A stretch of DNA of 64,000 nt. Origin: Devosiaceae bacterium (GTDB taxonomy: Bacteria > Pseudomonadota > Alphaproteobacteria > Rhizobiales > Devosiaceae). Where the stretch lies: assembly GCA_963667595.2 (NCBI GenBank), contig CAXXWD010000008.1, positions 76,237 through 140,236 on the forward strand, in the 5' to 3' direction. Of the stretch, positions 19,612 through 28,740 are shown one piece after another (the stretch's first letter is position 1; each line of letters begins with the position of its first letter). The notes beneath the pieces were generated by a model that searched no databases, was not told where the DNA came from, and worked only from the letters and a program-made list of their open reading frames with translations. A program made the translations under genes and the position numbers.

Positions 19612-20343
19612 ATGACCCAGCAAGCGCCGGATTCAGCCCAATTCTTTCTGACAACGGAAAGCGAATGCCCCTATCTCGAAGGGCGCATGGAGCGAAAGCT
19701 CTTTACCCATCTGAGCGGGAGGCGGGCCCAGCTCATACACGCTCTTTTGAGCGATCACGGGTTCCGTCGCAGCCAGAATCTCATCTACCGCCCGGCCTGC
19801 GACAATTGCTCGGCCTGCCTGTCGGTCAGGATCGTGACCCGGCATTTCGCTCCGGGTAAAAGCCTGAAACGGGTTCACGCCCGCAACCGCGACGTTTCGG
19901 CCAGCGCCGGACTGCCTCGCGCGACAGCGGAGCAATATGACCTGTTCCGGCATTATCTTCTGGCGCGCCATGCCGGCGGCGGCATGACCCAGATGAGCTT
20001 CATCGATTATGAATACATGATCGAAGATACGCCGGTCGAAACCCTGCTGGTCGAATACCGGCTCGAGAACGAACCCGGCCGCCCCCTGGTGGGGGTATCG
20101 CTGACCGACCGGCTGCCGGACGGATTGTCGATGGTATATAGCTTTTTCGATCCGGATCTTTCAGAACGCGGTCTGGGTAACTACATGATCCTCGAACACG
20201 TCGCTCGGGCGGCGGAAGCGGGGCTCGACTATGTCTATCTCGGCTATTGGGTCAAGAACTCGCCCAAAATGGCCTACAAAATCCGATTCCGACCGCTCGA
20301 AGTTCAGTCCGGTGCATCCGGCTGGAGAAAACTCGATCTTTAG
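19612..20343 (+). CDS. bpt: Arginyl/aspartate-glutamate leucyl-tRNA--protein transferase (Bpt)
   Basis: 243 aa. CPYLEGR...C..C..C N-terminal motif and an ATE C-terminal domain (YLGYWV). Confidence 0.85.
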   Translation: MTQQAPDSAQFFLTTESECPYLEGRMERKLFTHLSGRRAQLIHALLSDHGFRRSQNLIYRPACDNCSACLSVRIVTRHFAPGKSLKRVHARNRDVSASAGLPRATAEQYDLFRHYLLARHAGGGMTQMSFIDYEYMIEDTPVETLLVEYRLENEPGRPLVGVSLTDRLPDGLSMVYSFFDPDLSERGLGNYMILEHVARAAEAGLDYVYLGYWVKNSPKMAYKIRFRPLEVQSGASGWRKLDL

Positions 20344-20475
20344 GTCTTCGCGAACAATTCCGCCTCCGAGAAATACGGAGTTTGGCGTTAGTTTCTTGTC
20401 TTGTCGTCTTTCCGGGCGGATAACCGGTTTCCGGTCACCCCGGTTCGTCTTTGGATCTGGAGCATTACACTCCCT

Positions 20476-21543
20476 ATGACGTCGTTTTTCGTCGGCTTCA
20501 TCCAATCCGCATTCTTTTTGCTCGCGTCCGCGTTGAGTCTGGCCGCCGTTCTGGCCGGGTTCGGCTTTGCCGTGCCCCTGCTCGATACGCTGAACCATCT
20601 GCAACCGCTCTGGTTCTTCGGCACCCTCGCCTGCCTGCTCCTTGCCGGGCTGGTTTTCCGGCGCCAGCGCAGCCGTGCCCTGGTGATCGCGTTGACCGCC
20701 ACCGGCTTTCTGGCTTCGGGCATCATCGTCATGCCCGAATTCATTTCCGGCTTTCTGGCCCGTCCGGTCATGCCCGCCGGCACGCCATCCTACCGGCTGA
20801 TGACCTACAACGTGTTCGGGATGAATGACGACATGAACCGCGTGGCGGCGATGATTGAGGCCGAAAGCCCGGACATCATCGCCCTTAATGAGTATTATCC
20901 GGAGCAGCGCACTCCGCTCCATCCGCTGATTGTCGATACCTATCCCTATTTCGCCATCTGTACGGGCGGCAAACGGGCCAACCTTGCCATTTACGCCCGC
21001 ATCCCGTTCGAAACGGACGGCAGCGAACCGTGCAACTGGGATGCCGATCACCGCACCGGTTATCTGGCCGCACATTTCGCGCCCCCCACAGGCAGCGCAT
21101 TCACTGTGATGGCAACCCAGCTCGACTGGCCTTTGCAGATCAGTCCCCTTGCTGCCGATGGCGACATCCTGACACGGATCGAGAACATGACGGCGCGTCA
21201 AGAAAGGGAATTCGCCCACCTTGCAACAGGTCTCGACGCCATCATGGGCCCCGTATTGCTGGCAGGCGATTTCAATTCGACGTCCTGGTCCTATGCCCTC
21301 AAGCGTTTCGCGCAACAGAACGGGCTGACGCGTCAGACCCGGAATCTGGCGACTTTCCCCAAATTGTGGTTCTTCGATACCTGGCGAACGACGCCGGCCT
21401 TTCTGCCGCTCGATCAGATCATGAGCCGCAGCGGCATCGTGGTCACGGCGCTGCATGCCGGCGATCCGGCGGGAAGCGATCACCGCCCTGTCATCGCCGA
21501 TTTCACCATACCGCCAAGCCTGCGGATGGGATCAGCCGCCTGA
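20476..21543 (+). CDS. Membrane-anchored endonuclease/exonuclease/phosphatase (EEP) family protein
   Basis: N-terminal TM helices, then an EEP core (LMTYNVFGMN...IIALNEY...LAGDFNST...SDHRPV). The start is uncertain, anywhere from 20401 to 20476. Confidence 0.75.
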   Translation: MTSFFVGFIQSAFFLLASALSLAAVLAGFGFAVPLLDTLNHLQPLWFFGTLACLLLAGLVFRRQRSRALVIALTATGFLASGIIVMPEFISGFLARPVMPAGTPSYRLMTYNVFGMNDDMNRVAAMIEAESPDIIALNEYYPEQRTPLHPLIVDTYPYFAICTGGKRANLAIYARIPFETDGSEPCNWDADHRTGYLAAHFAPPTGSAFTVMATQLDWPLQISPLAADGDILTRIENMTARQEREFAHLATGLDAIMGPVLLAGDFNSTSWSYALKRFAQQNGLTRQTRNLATFPKLWFFDTWRTTPAFLPLDQIMSRSGIVVTALHAGDPAGSDHRPVIADFTIPPSLRMGSAA

Positions 21544-21580
21544 AGCGGCGGGCAGTAGGCAATCAAAACGCCCGATGCCC

Positions 21581-22006
21581 TCACGGCTTGTTTTTGTCGA
21601 CCAAAGCCCGGGCCTGTCCGACCCAATCCTCACGCGCGATACGGCCGTGGAAAGACAGCTTGTTGTCGACCCAGCCGATGGCCGTTTCATCCCAGGCGGC
21701 GATCTGGTCGAAATGAAAAACGCCGAGTTGATGAAGCGTGGTTTCGATCTTTGGCCCGATCCCGCTTATTTTCTTGAGATCGTCGGCGAGACCGTCCCGC
21801 GCCTCATTCAGCATTGCCGGCTTGCCATCGTCATCCGGTGTCGCGGCGGGGGTGTCCGTCATGGGGTCGGGCACCGGATCAACATCGGGCTTGACGTCCT
21901 GATGCGGAACGAACCTGTGTCGGGCCCAGAAGCCGAAAAGTCCGCCGAGGACGAAGGCCACAAGAAGCAGCATGGCCATTTCGACGATATAGGGTTCGGC
22001 AGACAT
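21581..22006 (-). CDS. Membrane-anchored helix-hairpin-helix protein (NuoE/L21 C-terminal-extension-like domain)
   Basis: 141 aa from the ATG at 22006. One N-terminal TM helix, then DDLKKISGIGPKIETTLHQLGVFHFDQIAAW...FHGRIAREDW. The domain identification is from memory. Confidence 0.6.
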   Translation of the reverse strand: MSAEPYIVEMAMLLLVAFVLGGLFGFWARHRFVPHQDVKPDVDPVPDPMTDTPAATPDDDGKPAMLNEARDGLADDLKKISGIGPKIETTLHQLGVFHFDQIAAWDETAIGWVDNKLSFHGRIAREDWVGQARALVDKNKP

Positions 22007-22152
22007 ATCTTTCTCCCTCACACGACAGAACCAGGCGTTTCACGCAACCGCAAACGTCTGGCTTTACCCTTTGGACTCGCGGCTTTCAGATCTCAAATCA
22101 TGCCACTGACGTGACTTACTCCTTGAAGAAAGCCTCTTTTGATAAAAATCCG

Positions 22153-22299
22153 TTACGCATTTCTCCTGGAAACGTCTTTTCCGGATGCCGCCTCCCTGGA
22201 TTCGGCAAACCAGCCGGCAATAGCGCCGAGCAGAAAAGCCAGCACAAGATAGATCCAGTGCCGCGCCAGAAACGCGATCATCATCGTCCACATGTTCAT
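22153..22299 (-). CDS. Unlisted 48-aa single-TM ORF downstream of the OmpA-family gene
   Basis: Own translation: MNMWTMMIAFLARHWIYLVLAFLLGAIAGWFAESREAASGKDVSRRNA. A GGGAGA RBS precedes the ATG at 22299, which lies 15 nt after the OmpA-family stop. It is below the ORF-track length cutoff. Confidence 0.45.
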   Translation of the reverse strand: MNMWTMMIAFLARHWIYLVLAFLLGAIAGWFAESREAASGKDVSRRNA

Positions 22300-22314
22300 T
22301 CTCCCGCGCGCAGC

Positions 22315-24879
22315 CTACTCCGCCGTCTTTTCTTCGTTCAGTACCGAAAACACGATGCGGCGGTTGCGACGCTTGCCATCCTGCGTGTCATTTGAGGCCA
22401 CAGGAAGGCTCTCGCCATAGCCTATTGCGTAGAGCCGATCCACGCCAACACCGAGCGCGACCAGACGGTCGACAACCGCCTCGGCACGCGACACCGACAG
22501 GATGAGGTTGGACTCTTCGTCGCCATCTGCGTCGGTATGGCCTTCCACATGCACGCTCGTTTCCGGACAATCCTCAAGATAGGCGGCAATTTCCGCGATG
22601 GCCGGCAGCGATTGTTTGGAGATGCGGGCACTGCCGGGCTCGAACAGAATGGCGTTGCGCGTATCGAAAGCCTCCACCTCGACGGTACAGGTTTCAAGCG
22701 GCGTCGGACCATCGATCCTGACCGTCCAGTCGGACCTCCCGGCAAAGCGGGCGAGCTGCGAACCGGCAGCCGCACGCGCCGGCGCCGCAAAAGCCTTGCC
22801 GGCAAAGCTCCAGGCAAAATCGGCGTAACGTACGCTTCCGCTGTCGAGTTCGGCCAGGGCGCGAACGGCGGCAACGGCATCGGGCACGAAATCGGGCGGA
22901 GCCCCATCACGCACCATCAATCCGGTTACCGCCGACGGGCTGGCCAGTACCGAGAAAAAGGCGCGGGTTGCCTCGGCGGGGATCCCCCCGGTCAGCACCA
23001 GCGTGCCGTCGCTTTTCTTGTCGGCAGCAAAGACAAAATCGGGCGCGCCTCGATAGGGTGCAGCGATGTCAACCGACCAGTTTACGGCACGCGCACCAAG
23101 GGCCGAAATGGCCTCCTTTTTGGCTTCCGCGCTTTGCGTTGCGCCCGTCACTGTCCACGCGCTGCCGTCATAGGCGACACGTCCGGTCTCAAGTTTAGAA
23201 AGGACGTCGAGCGCCGCCAAGACGTCACCGGAAAAACCATCAGGCGCACCCGCGGCCAGCGTGGTGGCATCTTGACCGTCAGGCCCGGCCTTTACCGCCA
23301 GAAAGCGCTTGAACGACCCGGCCGGAACATAGCCGGTAAAATCGAGACTGCCATCGGCCAGACGTTCGGCCGACCAGCGGAACGGATTGGCGGTCGGCAG
23401 CGGCAGAATCTCCGGTTCCGGAGGCGCTTCGGCAGCTTCCGCAACCGGTTCCTCGGCTTCGGCAAGCAGCGTTTGTTCCGTCTCCTCGACCGGTTCGGAC
23501 GCGGCAACCGCATTTGCTTCCGTCACCGCGATTGTCCAGAGATCCGCCCGGGACCCGAGAGACGAAACGAGCGTCGCTCTGGCATCCGCATTGGCGACGG
23601 CGCCGGTCAATGTCCAGCCATCGCCATCGAACACGACCCGTCCGGCGTCCAGTACGGCAAGCGCATCGAGCGCTGCCAGGACGTCACGCGCAAAGCCTTC
23701 GGGCGCGCCTGCGGCCAACGCGGTTTGGTCATGGCCTTGAGGCCCCTTCCTGATCGCCAGGAAGCGTTTGAGAGACTCGACCGGAACGTAACCGGCAAAA
23801 TCGAGACTGCCATCGGCCAGACGTTCGGCCGACCAGCGGAAGGGATTGGCGGTCGGCAGCGGCAGGGGCGCGAACGCGGCTGCGGCATCCACGGAGTCTT
23901 CTTCCGGCGCCCCATCTTCCGCTTCGGGCTGTTGTTCGGCTTGGACAAGGCCCGGCGCAACCGCAATCGCGGCATCGATGCCGGCCATCGTGAGTTCGGT
24001 TCGTGTGCGACCTGCCAGAATCCCGTCGGCAGCAACGCCCTCAAGATTCCAGGCCGATCCGTCGAACAACAATCGACCGCTGTGCAAACCCACCAACCCA
24101 TCCATGCCGGCAAGCGCCGTTTCGGCGAACCCCTCGGGTGCCGGCAGAACGACAAGACGGCCACCCGTTTCGATCTGGAAATGCACGTCGAGATAGCGCT
24201 GGAACGCCTCGGACGGTGCGTTGCCGCCGACCAGCCAGCGCCCATTCTCTTTCAAAACGGCGAACGAATAGGGGCGAGCCGGCTCGGACAGAGGCGTATT
24301 GTCTTCCGGTTCTGCGGCGTCACTATCACTTTGTTCCACGGCTTGTTGATCCGGCAAGCTCAGGTCGATCTGCCAGTCGGCTGTATCGAACGGCGCTTCG
24401 GCGAGAACCGTGCTTATTTTGCCGGCAGCAGCGGGGTCTTCGGTACCGCCGCTCAATCGCCAGGAGGTCCCGAGAAGCGTTATCGAGCCCGTATCCAGAA
24501 GATCGAGAACACCAAGGGCCGCTTCCGCCGACCCGGCAAACCCTTCCGGCTCGCCTGACGCAACCGAACTCGCGTCGAGGGCATGGGTGCCAGCCACCGC
24601 GCGCAAACTGGACTGCGTACCGGTATCGGGCACATAGCCCTTGAGAACGATAGAGCCGCCATCGGTCTTTTGCGCCGACCATCGGTACGGCGTAACCCAG
24701 ACCGAACCGATTTGGGCGACATTGGAGATGTCGGACCCGACCGGCACCGCCGGAACGGCGCCTTCCGTCTGTCTGGTATAGGCAGCGGCCGAAACCGACA
24801 GGGGGCCCAATCCCAGCACCATCGCAAGTGCCGCACCAAAAAGGGCCGCATACCGGCCCGCCTTATCGATCCTGATCAC
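22315..24879 (-). CDS. Large modular OmpA-family (OmpA/MotB C-terminal domain) envelope protein
   Basis: C-terminal OmpA domain (NAILFEPGSARI...HVEGHTDADGDEESNLILSVSRAEAV...NRRIVF). It is preceded by five modules of about 130-150 aa sharing PxxWSAxxxxDGSLxxxGYVP...GAPxGF...W. Start set at the GTG at 24879 (AAGAGG RBS; signal peptide AALFGAALAMVLGLGPLSVSAAA). The porin terminator lies inside the longer ORF. Confidence 0.8.
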   Translation of the reverse strand: MIRIDKAGRYAALFGAALAMVLGLGPLSVSAAAYTRQTEGAVPAVPVGSDISNVAQIGSVWVTPYRWSAQKTDGGSIVLKGYVPDTGTQSSLRAVAGTHALDASSVASGEPEGFAGSAEAALGVLDLLDTGSITLLGTSWRLSGGTEDPAAAGKISTVLAEAPFDTADWQIDLSLPDQQAVEQSDSDAAEPEDNTPLSEPARPYSFAVLKENGRWLVGGNAPSEAFQRYLDVHFQIETGGRLVVLPAPEGFAETALAGMDGLVGLHSGRLLFDGSAWNLEGVAADGILAGRTRTELTMAGIDAAIAVAPGLVQAEQQPEAEDGAPEEDSVDAAAAFAPLPLPTANPFRWSAERLADGSLDFAGYVPVESLKRFLAIRKGPQGHDQTALAAGAPEGFARDVLAALDALAVLDAGRVVFDGDGWTLTGAVANADARATLVSSLGSRADLWTIAVTEANAVAASEPVEETEQTLLAEAEEPVAEAAEAPPEPEILPLPTANPFRWSAERLADGSLDFTGYVPAGSFKRFLAVKAGPDGQDATTLAAGAPDGFSGDVLAALDVLSKLETGRVAYDGSAWTVTGATQSAEAKKEAISALGARAVNWSVDIAAPYRGAPDFVFAADKKSDGTLVLTGGIPAEATRAFFSVLASPSAVTGLMVRDGAPPDFVPDAVAAVRALAELDSGSVRYADFAWSFAGKAFAAPARAAAGSQLARFAGRSDWTVRIDGPTPLETCTVEVEAFDTRNAILFEPGSARISKQSLPAIAEIAAYLEDCPETSVHVEGHTDADGDEESNLILSVSRAEAVVDRLVALGVGVDRLYAIGYGESLPVASNDTQDGKRRNRRIVFSVLNEEKTAE
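23338..23865 (-). repeat. Intragenic direct repeat (period 459 nt) within the OmpA-family gene
   Basis: The 69-nt segments 23338-23406 and 23797-23865 are identical except for one base. They are 459 nt (153 codons) apart and encode PLPTANPFRWSAERLADGSLDF in two adjacent modules. Confidence 0.85.
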
Positions 24880-25059
24880 AAACCGCCTCTTGTCATCCGC
24901 TATGACCGCATTACGACGCGCCGAACAGGAACCCTTCTCCCGACAACTCCCGACACGTTCGCATCTTTCTGGACATCTTTGCCCATTCCCAAGGTGATTC
25001 CCAGATACCGCGCGGCGTTGTCCGGTCCATATGCGGAAAATCTGTCCGAAAACATCTGT

Positions 25060-25094
25060 GCCAAAAGAGAAAGGCCCGGCAGAGCCGGGCCTTT
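25060..25094 (-). terminator. Rho-independent terminator of the porin gene
   Basis: The minus strand reads AAAGGCCCGGC-UCUG-CCGGGCCUUUCUCUUUUGG, a GC-rich stem followed by a U-rich tract about 25 nt after the porin stop. Confidence 0.8.
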
Positions 25095-25120
25095 CCATAG
25101 CCATGAATAATCCGAAAGGA

Positions 25121-26572
25121 TTAATCGAAGGACTTCGCGGCCTTGAAGGTGGCCTTGTAGCCGCCGAGGCTGTTGACTTCGCCCTTGATGGACGTGGTGA
25201 AACCACCGCCAGGAGCCCAAGCCAGTTCGGCACTGCCGTAGAAGGCGTCGTCGCCACGGACAGAAACCGGGACCTGACCGGTACCAGCATTGCTCGGCTG
25301 AGCAACATTGACGCCAACCGCATAGTAACCAACTTCACCCGTGATCTTCAGGGTTTCGGTCAGCTTCGTGATCAACTGCAAGGCACCCTGATAGGTTTCG
25401 CTATCGGACGTGTCGGTATTCGAGTCAAACCAACGGAAGCCAGCGGCGATCGTCACTTCGTCGGTCACAGCCGCAGAAGCAACCAAATTGCCGCCCCACT
25501 GGGTCAGATCGGTAGGCGCATCGCGATGGGCAGCTTCGAAACCACCAGCAAGGGTGAACATATCGAAGTTCGCTTCAGCAGACACCAAGCCATTCCAGGC
25601 AGTGACCGCACCATCATTGGCGGAACCGGTGGCGAAAGCAGCACGAACCTTGAAGTTGTCGAAGGTGCCGGTCATGCCAGCATGCATCTTCCAGTCTTCG
25701 ATGTCGCCATCAAGGATGCCACCAGCCGCGAAGCTGACGTGACCGGTGAGAGCATCGCTTGCATAAGCAATGGTACCAACCAGCGTGCCCGCAGACTCAG
25801 CCGGGGTCAAAGCCGGTGCAGTGGTCGTCTGATAGACCTTGTAGGCACTACCATTGAGGTTTTCGAGACCGGCCGACAGGGTCAGACCAGTGTCGCCAAC
25901 CGTGTGGTACAACTGAATGACGTGACCCTTGGTCTTCAGACGATCATGGAAGACGTCGACGCCAGGATCAACTTCGTCGGAATGGAACATGCCGATGAAG
26001 CCAAACGGCTTGTCGTCGCCGTTCTGGAACACGGACGCATCGCGACGACCAGCAACGAGCTGGGTGGTATCGCCAACGGACACATAGGCTTCCTTGACGA
26101 AGACGTCATTGCCGTCCGCTTCTGTAGGTGTGGCTGCTCCAAAGTCTTCGTTGGTGATCGAGAAGTCTTCGTCATCGCTGGCGAGCTTGATAACGGCCTT
26201 GGCAGTACCGAAATCAGACGAAGCGGCACCGACGAACTGCACCCAATAGTTCATGCGCGAACGCCAATCGAGATTCGCGTCCGAGTTGCCAGTGGCATGG
26301 CCATCGTCGATGATGGTCCGGCCTTCATCGTCACGGAAGATGGTGTTGGCCGTGAGCCAAGCGTCGTTGGCGTAATCGCCCCAACGGAACTCGTAGTCAA
26401 CGCCGCCCGAAATCTGCAGGCAGTCATCGCTCGACGCGATGGTCAGACCGGACATGCCGAGGTCTTCGCAAACGTCAAACGAGGAGACCACGGTCGACAG
26501 ATCGGCCGCGAAGGCAGTGGTGGAGAGACCAACAGCCGCCACAGAACCCAGGAAAAGGCTCTTAAGTTTCAT
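25121..26572 (-). CDS. Porin (alphaproteobacterial Porin_2 / RopA-Omp2-like)
   Basis: 483 aa from the ATG at 26572, preceded by GGAGG. Signal peptide MKLKSLFLGSVAAVGLSTTAFA, aromatic/Gly-rich beta-strand pattern, and a C-terminal ...KSFD end. Confidence 0.85.
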   Translation of the reverse strand: MKLKSLFLGSVAAVGLSTTAFAADLSTVVSSFDVCEDLGMSGLTIASSDDCLQISGGVDYEFRWGDYANDAWLTANTIFRDDEGRTIIDDGHATGNSDANLDWRSRMNYWVQFVGAASSDFGTAKAVIKLASDDEDFSITNEDFGAATPTEADGNDVFVKEAYVSVGDTTQLVAGRRDASVFQNGDDKPFGFIGMFHSDEVDPGVDVFHDRLKTKGHVIQLYHTVGDTGLTLSAGLENLNGSAYKVYQTTTAPALTPAESAGTLVGTIAYASDALTGHVSFAAGGILDGDIEDWKMHAGMTGTFDNFKVRAAFATGSANDGAVTAWNGLVSAEANFDMFTLAGGFEAAHRDAPTDLTQWGGNLVASAAVTDEVTIAAGFRWFDSNTDTSDSETYQGALQLITKLTETLKITGEVGYYAVGVNVAQPSNAGTGQVPVSVRGDDAFYGSAELAWAPGGGFTTSIKGEVNSLGGYKATFKAAKSFD

Positions 26573-26974
26573 TATCTTGACCTCCAAAGTCAATCTTTAT
26601 GCCGGTTGCCCGGCGGTTTGTCGAAGCGCGAACACACTTGTGTGTCGTGTTTTGCCGTCGCGCTGCGACCGACAAACGATCCCATGCATGGATTCGCAAA
26701 AGCCACTCTAGCCATCGGCGGTTGCCACGCAACTAGACTTCTGCGGATTCGGCGTCGCAACGGCGTCCTTGTTGGCGAATGTTGCAAATTGAACACACCC
26801 GCCGTAACCAAGTCTTAACCTTTGTAAATTGCCGATAATAAACTACGCCCAAACCCCGGCTCGGGACCAGCCCGACGTTCGGCGGGTCCGGGAAGAGACG
26901 GAACGGATGCCCGGGAGATAAGGCCCGGTGCATCAGCGACCGGCCCGCAAGGATGAGGGCAGCGCAGCGGAAAA

Positions 26975-27016
26975 AGAATGCCATAAAAGAACGCCGGCAG
27001 GGAGGATCCCTGCCGG
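26975..27016 (-). terminator. Rho-independent terminator after the DUF2336 gene
   Basis: The minus strand reads CCGGCAGGGA-UCC-UCCCUGCCGG followed by CGUUCUUUUAUGGCAUUCUUUUU. Confidence 0.75.
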
Positions 27017-27063
27017 ACAAGACGCGTTTCTGGCGTGTTTTCGATTGAGGAAAGAAAAGCGGT

Positions 27064-28203
27064 TCAGCGCCCTCGCCCCGGGCGCGGGGATGTCTTGGAC
27101 TGGGTTGCCGCCTCGTTTTCCTTTGCCCGCAGCATCTGCAGCGATTTTTCGGCGTCCCTGAGACTGATCTGGCCGAACTCTTCGAGCCAGAGGTCGATCT
27201 GCTTGGCTGACAGGTTGAGACGCCGCGCCCGGACGCGCCCGATCGCGGCCACCGCTTCGCTGGTCAGGCCGAGACCGCGCAGGGTGACGGCAAGCGGCGT
27301 GCCGTTGGAGTTGGTAAGCGAGGCGCTGATGGTTTCTTCGGGCAGCTGGGCGATTCCGGCCAGAAAATGCGTCAGCACCATATCGTCGCCGAGTTCGGCG
27401 AGCTTGATGGTTTCGGTGCTGGCATTGGCATCGCCGGAACGCACCTGCTCGACCAGAGAATAAACGGCCGCGCGCGCCTTGCGCGCCTTGGCCTTGCGCT
27501 CGGCCTCACCGTCGATCTCCGAAAGCGAGTCCAGAAGGCTTCCTCCTTCGGGCGGCGCATCCAGGGCGCGAAGGCGCGCTTTCAGCTCTTCCGACAAGAA
27601 GGGCGTGATCTGGCAGGTAATCACCTGAGTGAGGTCGTCGCGCGAAATCAGCGATTCCTGCAAGCCGACATCGGTCTTGGCCTTTTCGGCGACGATCCGG
27701 TAGGTCTTGGGCGAGAAGCGCGCGCCGGGATTGGCGGCCATGGTCCTGACGGTTTCGATATCCTCGATCCGAACCAGGGCATCGGTCAGCTTCTCGCCGA
27801 GCTTCTTGCGGCGGGAAATGGCGCGGGTGTGGTCCGGCATCATCGTCTCGATGATGTCGAGCAGATCGCTGTCGGTCAGAACCGGCGAGTGTTCGAGCAT
27901 CGGGGTCGCCACTTCGGCCTCATCGTCGGTCGCGAGGCGTCGAACCACCCGTCCGGGGAAATGATCGATCGGCGCCACCTTCTCGGACAGTTCCTTGCGG
28001 ACTTCGGTGGCGACGTCGTCGAGCAACCGGCACACCAGTTCCGCATAGGCGTCGCCGTGCTTGTCGGAGTTAGCTTCCATGTTCTCGAGGAAGAGATCGG
28101 TCAGGCTGGAGATGAGGTTGCGCCACTTCTCCCGCGAGGGATCACGCGCCCATTCCTGTAGCTCTTCAAGCGTCGGCACGGTTTCTGCAGTTGGCGTACC
28201 CAC
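27064..28203 (-). CDS. DUF2336 domain-containing protein
   Basis: 379 aa, helical-repeat-like. The motif pattern VRRLATDDEAEVATPMLEHSPVLTDSDLLDII matches the recalled DUF2336 family. Confidence 0.65.
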   Translation of the reverse strand: MGTPTAETVPTLEELQEWARDPSREKWRNLISSLTDLFLENMEANSDKHGDAYAELVCRLLDDVATEVRKELSEKVAPIDHFPGRVVRRLATDDEAEVATPMLEHSPVLTDSDLLDIIETMMPDHTRAISRRKKLGEKLTDALVRIEDIETVRTMAANPGARFSPKTYRIVAEKAKTDVGLQESLISRDDLTQVITCQITPFLSEELKARLRALDAPPEGGSLLDSLSEIDGEAERKAKARKARAAVYSLVEQVRSGDANASTETIKLAELGDDMVLTHFLAGIAQLPEETISASLTNSNGTPLAVTLRGLGLTSEAVAAIGRVRARRLNLSAKQIDLWLEEFGQISLRDAEKSLQMLRAKENEAATQSKTSPRPGRGR

Positions 28204-28440
28204 TTACTCAACTCCAACTAAAGATGATTTGCCCTGAAACTAGTCCCATTTCGTTAATGGTGTGTTTTGGAATCGGGCGCATTTGCTGCGGCGTTTCGTT
28301 TGCGCGACCACTTGTTTTGCCGCGCCGCCTCGTCTATCAGCAAACTGGGCGCGGAAAATGAAAACTCCCGTACCCTTAAATCTAGATCGCTTTTCCGGTT
28401 CTCTGCGGATCGAACCGTCCAGACGACCGGAAAGGCAAAT

Positions 28441-28649
28441 GTTCTCAGGGCGGGGTGAAACTCCCCACCGGCGGTAGGAACCATCTTGAATAATGGTTCG
28501 AGCCCGCGAGCGCCGCGGATTTTCATCTGGCGCGTGTTTGAACCGACAAGGCCGGTTTCCGCTTTGCGCGAACACGCTCCGAAGATCCCCGGGTCAGCAG
28601 ATTCGGTCAAAATCCGAAGCCGACGGTCATAGTCCGGATGAAAGAGAAC
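28441..28649 (+). promoter_or_regulatory. FMN riboswitch (RFN element)
   Basis: GUUCUCAGGGCGGGGUGAAACUCCCCACCGGCGGUA...AGCCCGCGAGCG...GGUCAGCAGAUUCGGUCAAAAUCCGAAGCCGACGGUCAUAGUCCGGAUGAAAGAGAAC. All conserved RFN blocks are present, and P1 is GTTCTC/GAGAAC. One peripheral helix carries an insertion of about 75 nt. Confidence 0.9.
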
Positions 28650-28740
28650 GGATTGGCAGTTCCCGGTTCCGGCCCCTTTTGTGCCGTGTCCCTCATGTCC
28701 GATCCTTTCAACCCTGGGCAAGCTGGTTGAGAAAGGATCG

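Noticed and set aside
24880-25338. N-terminal extension of the 1007-aa ORF 22315..25338.
   Set aside because: The extension runs through the porin terminator hairpin (25060-25094). It has no signal peptide and has non-coding-like composition. A GTG at 24879 with an AAGAGG RBS gives a clean signal peptide.
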